This document shows positions 55,292 to 64,000 of a DNA stretch of 64,000 nt, piece after piece. Positions within the stretch are counted from its first letter, which is position 1. Each line of letters begins with the position of its first letter. The DNA is taken from the NCBI GenBank assembly GCA_964016885.1, contig OZ024740.1:410688001-410752000 (forward strand), written 5' to 3'. The position numbers were made by a program, and so were the translations under genes. The DNA is from Eledone cirrhosa (taxonomy: Eukaryota). Under the pieces are notes generated by a model, which saw only the letters and a program-made list of their open reading frames with translations, had not been told where the DNA came from and did not search any database.

Positions 55292-55326
<35 letters not shown>

Positions 55327-55525
55327 CACGAGTCTGTGTATGTGTGTATGTGTGCATGTGTGAGCGTAAGGTAGAGTGACGCAATTTCGAGTGATCATCG
55401 GCCTTTAGACTCACTTGATCAATGAAACAATGGTTAATACTGTAAATAAAACCCTTTTTGTACAGCCGACCATGTTATTCTTCACTCTTTCACTACATAT
55501 ATATATATATACTTATATATATATA

Positions 55526-55643
<118 letters not shown>

Positions 55644-55667
55644 TATATATATATGCATATATATATA

Positions 55668-55790
<123 letters not shown>

Positions 55791-55983
55791 CAGGATTAAT
55801 GCTAATTTATTAACCTCGTCAATATATATATTCTCCCAGTTAACAGACAACCAGTAACGTAAGTAAATTGTATTAATTTCCTTTTTACCTCTGTGTTTCT
55901 GTACTATTATATACATACATACGTACTATTATATACATACATACATACATACACACACACACATATATATATAATTAGATGTG

Positions 55984-56028
<45 letters not shown>

Positions 56029-57722
56029 TATATGTGCACACATATATTTAAATGTAACTGTGTATCTATATGTGCGCATATTTGGATGTCTGTTTCTTTA
56101 TGAGATATAATCTACATTGAATATATCAATGACAAAATATAAAATAAATTTAAAACCGCAATAAATCAGTTTCAAGCCTCGATAAATAAGAAAATAAGTG
56201 TGAAATGGAGAGCATCAGGAAGATTAAAAATATTTACTGCAATGCGGAAGTTATTATACCAAATTTCTTTATGGAAGAAACCCGAAAGTATAAAACGCTA
56301 TTTAAAATATTTTGAATTCGTTTAAGTTCAAGCACATATAACGAAATGTATTATTAATATCAAGGTAGGTTTATATAGCTGATAAAATGACAAGATCGTA
56401 TACATTTATATCATGTGCACTTTAAATAGCTTTGTAGCTTTTCTGGTTTACGTTATTGTAGTGCCACATCTATGGTTGCGATAAAATAGAATTAGTGGAA
56501 TAGCGGATGAAATGCCTCTTGCTATTTGTGTTTTAAATTTAAATATTTATTTTATCGATGTCGGATATAATAGAATGCAACGTGTTTTCTTCGTTGGTTA
56601 TTGTTTTGACTTTAAATATTATAGTCGTAAATACCCAAATACGAGTAGATGTTCACGGGCGGAATGTCATTCAGCATAGTTTTGTTGGGTTATAGCTGAT
56701 CTTATCTAAACAACATTGTATTGACTTAACATGAAAGGTAACTTGGAAGCATATATATTTTTATATAAAGTCATATTAAAGTATAAACTAAAAACTGACT
56801 ACACGGGAGGAAAAAATATTTGGATGAGAATATCCCAGAAAAATGTTAAAATGCAAAATAATGCAAATTCAAACTTTAATTCTAAAAGACCGAGTAAATA
56901 TATAGAATAACAGCTTCGCGATCAGAATTCTTCAAGACAAACATACAGGGAGCAAGCCGAAGTAAAATCAACAAATGATGAAACACTCCAGACTAAAACA
57001 GTTCAGAATGAATGACTAAAAAGACCTTTTGGAAAAACAATATTGAAACAATTAGAAACTATGTAATCAGTAAAATGTGACGATAAAATCGTTTCTCTTG
57101 TACAATTACAAGAGACAATCAATCATGATGTTTCTAGTTGAATAACCTTATCAAAAGTGAAATAGAAATATATAGATTTTCATTGCCTACGCAATAGTAT
57201 CGTTCTGTTAAAGAGTACAATACCCTATAATTCTCTGGAAACTATTCTGAATATAACAATGCTAGACTATATATAACAAATGTTACTTGAAATGGAACGA
57301 AATCTCTGGCCTGATGTCTTCACTGTTACGTAGCAAGAAATCATTTGAAGAAAATCCTCTATTAGTTCCAAAATATTTACGCCAGCAGCGATCAAAGATT
57401 GTTTTTCTAGGTGAAACTCTGCAATGAGTCGACCATAGTAACGATCATTAGCGTACTATTCTCCCTGATAATTAAAGCATTCGATTTGTGTGACAAAGAA
57501 GCCTCTGGTTAGGCATATTAACACAAACGAAAATACTCCACGGCGTGTTGTATGCGTCAATAATGCCAAACCCTTTAGATGAACAATAGCTAATAATCTT
57601 ATAAAAGACCATTAACTATAATCCATATCTTATAACGAAGTAAGTGAAGGGGGGCGGGTGAAGAATATGAAATAGCTCAGTGACAAATATGCATACATAC
57701 ATACATACATACATACATACAT

Positions 57723-57773
<51 letters not shown>

Positions 57774-57850
57774 AATATCTAATGGTAGCTAAGGTCCTTC
57801 CATGGGCGGTATGCTGGTTGAGCACTCTATGGTCCTACGGAGCAGAGTAT

Positions 57851-58141
57851 TATAGAATGGAAAACGAAAAATCAGTGATGCATCGGAACTCAATTTATTG
57901 TGTGTTACAATTGTTTCTCCGGCGAACAGCTCGAGGTGCGATCCATGTGTGGATCTACCTGACTCTAGTCTCGCAGGTTCCTCGGACACGAAATCAATAG
58001 ACGTGTCCGAGGAACCTGCGAGACTAGAGTCAGGTAGATCCACACATGGATCGCACCTCGAGCTGTTCGCCGGAGAAACAATTGTAACACACAATAAATT
58101 GAGTTCCGATGCATCACTGATTTTTCGTTTTCCATTCTATA
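57851..58141. repeat. Near-perfect hairpin of two family G 3' ends with degenerate HHRs
   Basis: ~140-bp arms and an 11-bp spacer; GTGT-CCGAGGA-long stem II-GAAA-CAATTG-TA-ACAC-acAATAAA. Confidence 0.85.
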
Positions 58142-58515
58142 TATATATATATATATTTACAAATGGCAACTTAGTAAAATAGAAGCTTTGGCTGCGGCCA
58201 AGCAAAAGCTACCTACAATTAGGAATGAGTAGCAAAGTACTCAATAAGGTAGGGCCTTAGAGTAATAAAATACGTTTAGGCAGCTTGACAAATTGAAAAT
58301 TGCGGCAGGCAAAACCCAGCCATACAATACCAAAACGACGAAAAAATTAATCAGGTTAGACAACAGCCCTGGACAAATCGAATGATATTCTGCAATACGT
58401 CCGATATGTTTCTATGAATTCGAAATCATCAATCCAACTTACGTAATACGTAAGCTTGTGGTATTCTACGATCGAACAGGGGATTCGCGTCATCGACAGG
58501 TATTTCGTTCTATGC

Positions 58516-58568
<53 letters not shown>

Positions 58569-58754
58569 GTTATATAGTAAGGTGTATTATTGGTTGTGTC
58601 ATACGGTCCAATAAACTTTTGTTAGCAATATTAAGTTCTCCACGCTATTGTATATCTCCAATTCCATTTATGGGAACAGCTAGATGATGTAAAACGGAGT
58701 ATTTGTATCAAAATAAAGATCCGAAGGCATGGTATAAATTTCTAATCATTTTAA

Positions 58755-58828
58755 TCACGACAGATGTTTCAATAAGGGATAAATCGATTGTGTGGTCGTG
58801 ATCGATTATCACTGATCTCATCAGGTGA
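58755..58828 (-). ncRNA. Type I hammerhead with extended stem II (family H, left arm)
   Basis: TCAC-CTGATGA-~47 nt-GAAA-CATCTG-TC-GTGA. Confidence 0.65.
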
Positions 58829-59210
58829 ATAATGAAATGTCTTCAAATATGAGGGAGGAAAAACTAACGATGTTCACTCACTAGAGTTTTGTACCCCATA
58901 TGAAGGATCAGCAGCCAAAGCACGCCAACTGCCCTCGTCTTCAGTCAGGGTCATAAATCTATCAAGTCTCTATCTCTCATCGATACAATTCAATCAATAC
59001 ACGTATAGCAGAACGTTGAACGGAATTTACTTGCGTGTGTATAGGGTTGTGGTTGACCCATTTTTTTCTAATTTACATCGTTAAGATTGAGATTTGACCA
59101 ATATAACATTTGTTGTTTTGTAGCCTAACTTTCGGTGCATACTGTGTTTATACCGAAATTCTACAGATTTGATGCTGAGATTAGATCTGTCCAGCGTCTT
59201 TTACAGCTAT

Positions 59211-59284
59211 TCACCTGATGAGATCAGTGATAATCGATCATGACCACATGATCGATCTATCCATTATTGAAACATGTGTCGTGA
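59211..59284 (+). ncRNA. Type I hammerhead with extended stem II (family H, right arm)
   Basis: TCAC-CTGATGA-~47 nt-GAAA-CATGTG-TC-GTGA; arms 58706-58831 and 59208-59333 are inverted. Confidence 0.65.
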
Positions 59285-59328
59285 TTAAAATGATTGGAAA
59301 TGTATACCATGCCTTCGGATCTTTATTT

Positions 59329-59363
<35 letters not shown>

Positions 59364-59595
59364 TTATTCCGGGTTGAATCGGAGGTAACCACAGTAAGTA
59401 AGGTACTCAATACATAGCAGAGTATAAAAGTTTTAATATAGAAGAGCTTCTACAGGAATATATATAAAGAGAGAGAGAGGAGACGGAAAAGGATAGTGAG
59501 CGAAAGGATAGGCTGTTTATCACACTGCACTGTCTGGTAAATAAAACAACTTTATGTTGCTTTAAGCAGGAAACGAAAGAGGATCTATATTCAAA

Positions 59596-59773
59596 TAATT
59601 GTTTCTACCTTTGGCACAAGGCCAGCAATTATCCCAGTGCTTTACTGGTACTTTATTTTATCGACCCCTTAAGGATGAAAGGCAAAGTTAACATCGGCGG
59701 GATTTGAACTCAGATCGGAAAGGGACGTAGCTATGCTGGAAAGCATGTCCGGCCCTCTACCGATACTGCCAAT
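59596..59773 (-). mobile_element. tRNA-derived SINE (family A)
   Basis: Reverse copy. Confidence 0.85.
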
Positions 59774-59981
59774 TTCAAATAATGAAGTATAAACTCCTCG
59801 AAATATTTCAAAGCTTTTTAAATAATATATTTTTGTAAAATATTGTAACATTATTTAAGTTTAGTTTTTATCACTCTCATTAAACTGTTCAGAAGAAAAG
59901 TAAACCTTCATAATTGAAAATCTATGATGTTTGACACCACTTGTGTTCAATCTTGAATGTACTGTCACATTTACACATTAT

Positions 59982-60170
59982 TGGTGAATTAGCAGTATCG
60001 GTAGAGGGTTGGACGCCATGCTTTGACGCATAGAGTTACGGCCCTTGCCATTCTGAGTTCAAATCCCACCGAGGTTAACTTTGCTTTTCATCCTTACGGG
60101 ATCGATAAAATAAAGTACCAGTAATGCACTGGGTATTTGCTGGCCTTGTACCAAAAGTAGAACAATTATT
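59982..60170 (+). mobile_element. tRNA-derived SINE (family A)
   Basis: Full-length copy. Confidence 0.85.
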
Positions 60171-60849
60171 GGTTTCAATCTTCTGGTTAAGTTGAACGGG
60201 TAATATCATACTATTAAAGACAAAAAATGAAGACTTTAGGGTAGAAATTTATCAATGTATTCCTATTCTATAATTAACAAAATTGTTGATTCATGACGAT
60301 GCGGGTAAAATTGTCCGCATGTGATTCAAATCATATGTGTGGGACGATACACTTCCCCATCAACTTTCAAGAAGTCAATTACATACCAAATGTTTGTTGT
60401 ATTATCCTCAGCACAATGAATAAAAAGTAATAACGAAATATGCGCGAAGGCGCTAGATATGATCCTCCTAGTGAAAATTAATTCAATAAGTTAGACAATG
60501 GGAACAATACGAGCTTAAGAAACCCTCAAAAGGGTTTCTGTCCGTGACTATCTAATGGTATAAAATGTGAAAATCAAAACGTATATTATGTAATAACATG
60601 AGGTTAATAAGAAATGAAATACCAATATGATGCATACAATGCAGTGTACCCACCACATACGTAAATATGCATATAAATGTACACATATTGAAGGCAAGTA
60701 GATCATTTAAACAATCACAAGGATACACACATATACATATTTCCATATAAACTGAAAAAATGCGAAATATCTTTTCAAACTTAATTGACCCTTCATCAGA
60801 AGGCACTATATCAACTAAACAACCAAAAGACATAATTGAGGGTCATATA

Positions 60850-61211
60850 CAGTGAACTCCCTACATGAGTGATCACGGTTATTTGCGGAATTTTCCTTAG
60901 AACCTAACTAATAATTGTTCGTGGAAACCACATCATATTCGTGGATCGAAAATATCTTGTGCGTCTTTTTTATGGCTTTTTGGTGGCAATATACATTTTT
61001 TAATGCTAAATTATTAATAACATTATTATACCGTATTTGCCGGCCTATAGGACGCCCCCTTCGCATAAGATGCTCCCTCTTTTTTTTAATTATATTTTAC
61101 GTTATATTTTGACGTTTATAGTCATTTTTATAGACCACGTCCAATATTCGCGATTTTTCAATCTTCGCGAGTGCTCCAGGTTCGTAACCCCCACGAATAC
61201 CGGGGTTTTTG
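60850..61211. mobile_element. Decayed pogo/Tigger-like MITE
   Basis: TA-CAGTGAACTCC left end and CCCCACGAATACCGGGGTTTTTG-TA right end; TIRs are degenerate. Confidence 0.4.
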
Positions 61212-61899
61212 TATATTCGATACAAGATAACAGAGTATCATTAAAAAGAAAAAAAATATATTGAGACATAGCTACAGCTGCGATCTCATTGACATTAAAC
61301 CACTACAAGTAACAACAGAAAACAGAATTAAATATATAAAGTTCAAAACAAGAAAAAAAATACTTGATTTAATATGAATTTTTTCTCCTGTCAAATTGTT
61401 CAAGTAGAAGAATAACATTTCTCATATGAAGCCGAAGAATGTAAAATCACAAGAAAACATAGAATAACCTGCCCATTAAGACTGCGTTAACCACCATTAA
61501 TCTATCGTTATATACATACATTCAGTTAGATTTGAGAATATGTTTTAGCAGATGATTTAGTTAGAAGTATATTTGGAATGTCATCTCGCATGTTGTGCAC
61601 AAATAAATAAATCTACAATCTATTCACTAATGTCTACCGTCTAGACATTTAGCCGTGGGGGAGCTGACCTCATAATTATGAATATATTGATTCATTAGAT
61701 AAAGATGAATATCTAGGAGGCCGACAAAAAGTTGAATTCGATGTTTTGGTAATCATGCCTTTCTGATGAATAATTAGTAATATAAGTGTCAAAGAGGTTC
61801 CAAAGATTGGCAATTGGAATATAACGAAGAATGAAACCTTACGATTTGCGTTCGACAATATAAACATAAACACACGAAGACGAATCAATAAACACACAC

Positions 61900-61930
<31 letters not shown>

Positions 61931-62134
61931 TACATACACACACACACACACATACACACAAACATACACACACATACACACACACGCACACACACATACG
62001 CACACACACATACACACACACAGCACACACACTCAGGCGCGCGCACACCCACACGCACATACCTATATATATATATATATATACATATATGGGAAATAAT
62101 AAAAAAAATGGGTTTCAAAGGCGTACCTTTATAT

Positions 62135-62196
<62 letters not shown>

Positions 62197-62314
62197 AGTG
62201 TCTTTATATTATGTACAAAAATTGATGTCAAAATTGATGTTAGCAAAGCCTGCTTTCTCGGTTTTGGATTATCAAAACATTTCTCATTAGGTTAAATTTT
62301 TTTAAAACCCCCTA

Positions 62315-62463
62315 CATGCTGATTATCGACCACATGTCCCTCTGAATGTCCGGTCCACACCAAACCCCGACCAATTTAATGATGCTGCTGGACGGCATGG
62401 ACATGCCTCTCCATGTGCCGAGCTGCAAGCCTATCGACTTTTCCTGGTTACCGCTTAGTAGAC
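62315..62463 (-). mobile_element. L1/Tx1-clade LINE RT fragment
   Basis: [13 protein letters not shown]...[10 protein letters not shown] resembles the RT C-terminal N..KS / KYLG region of Tx1/L1 elements. Confidence 0.55.
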
Positions 62464-62465
62464 CA

Positions 62466-62543
<78 letters not shown>

Positions 62544-62586
62544 CATATATATATACACACACACATATATATATATATATATACAT

Positions 62587-62635
<49 letters not shown>

Positions 62636-62699
62636 CATACATATATATATATATATACGTCGAAACGGCTTGAGCTCAGCTGTCGGGGTCTTACTGGTT

Positions 62700-62763
<64 letters not shown>

Positions 62764-64000
62764 AATATATATATATACATATGTGTACGTGTTGTGTTCG
62801 TGTGTCTAGATATTGAATTATGTACAAAGAGTATAGGATCTAACAACAATGTATGTCAATCCACACGTTTTTCTATATAAATATCTCATTTCTACGTCGA
62901 CAGAAAAAGTTGAATAGCTTGACCTAAGAACCTCATCAGAACATATCTACATCCGTAACAATCTACGATCAAATAAGTAACTAAAATCTTTCTATAAACA
63001 TCAAATGTGGCAGTAACAGTGAACCATATCTGGTAATTGAAATAAGTTTATTGTCTATGTTGTTAGTTAATTTACTTACGAATTAGATAAAAATGTGTAA
63101 ACGAGACATATTTACATACATGAATATATCTTTACACATTTTCGTAGTTTTGTTTACAAATATGAATTTCGCTCAGATTTTCGTGAACGACAGCACACTG
63201 GTGATTAAAATATGAATGTAAATCTTTATAAAATTTAACCTTACGAAATCTTCATTACCTTTGTAACATAGTGTTTTATAAGGCAGCGGTAGCTTCTGAA
63301 AAGAAATACCATACTTATAGAAAGGCAAGCTACTTCTAGACCTCTGCAGCACACTCATGAGTATTTACAATGATACTGTTGTTTACAAGAGGAAATCATA
63401 ATCAGCTATCTCTTCACAGTTATGTTGGTTTTGAAGCTGTGTATTCGGAGCATGTATCACGGATAAAATGGAATACTTGACTTAAAATTCGAATCATCCA
63501 AAATTGCCTGGCACGCAATGGACTGCTTCTTTAATGAATTGGCTTCAAGCTGCATACTGACTCTAGATGGCTGCAGGTCTAGAGGCAACTATAAGGGCTT
63601 CATTTAGTAAATATTGAATTAATTCAATTTATGATCTACAGTCGTAAATTAAATACAAAATAAATATCCTTCCCTTACCACATAAATAATATTAGAAGGT
63701 ACAAAGGTGACACACTTTCTACTTCCATCTGCCAGGAATAAACACTTGTCATTAATAAAACATCATAAATATTTATACAACTTATATTAGATTTAAAATA
63801 AATATAATGCATTAAAATAATCTGGTGTTGTTTATCTTTCTGTGTACAAAGAGTGGGAAATGTTAACATTCATTTTACGGCAAAGCTAATAAAAACTGAA
63901 GTAATATCTATCTTAAATTCACATTAAATATTCTACTATATATCTAACATAAATATTTATTATTTATTTAAGTTGCCAAACATACGAGTATGCATATTAA

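Larger units (their letters stand above)
51891..55297. mobile_element. Retrozyme-like 591-bp tandem array in two head-to-head arms (minus 51891-53539, plus 53538-55297)
   Basis: Exact 591-bp period (identical ORFs at 52296/52887 and 53650/54241/54832), one HHR per unit, (TA)n at both ends, near-identical units. Confidence 0.9.

Noticed and set aside
51891-55297. CRISPR array or a second antisense ribozyme (viroid-like ambisense RNA)
   Set aside because: Units are identical with no spacers, and I found no convincing ribozyme core on the opposite strand by eye.
63240-63740. Possible minus-strand host exons (MEVESVSPLYLLILFM followed by GTAAGG; small AG..GT exon near 63260-63297)
   Set aside because: Only splice-like motifs, with no recognisable protein; needs transcript evidence.

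Overview
AT-rich, microsatellite-dense animal DNA with no confidently identifiable host gene. A cephalopod/octopus source is inferred from the (TA)n density and the dominant tRNA-derived SINE. The window holds a >9 kb 30-bp minisatellite, two decayed Penelope-like elements (PLEs; one Neptune-like, one Naiad-like; RT + GIY-YIG), about 11 copies of one tRNA-SINE, RTE, L1/Tx1, mariner and Helitron relics, and a diverged 28S rRNA-derived insert. The most notable feature is a very young 591-bp tandem array (51891-55297) built from two head-to-head arms of about 2.8 and 3 units. Every unit carries a type I hammerhead ribozyme (HHR) with the rare compensatory U3-A8 core (UUGAUAA), an extended stem II and a palindromic stem III. 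The array ends are circularly permuted, suggesting rolling-circle reverse transcription of a retrozyme-like circRNA. The same head-to-head, 3'-ends-out-into-(TA)n architecture recurs in many unrelated, often HHR-bearing, elements across the window. All calls were made by eye and boundaries of decayed repeats are approximate.
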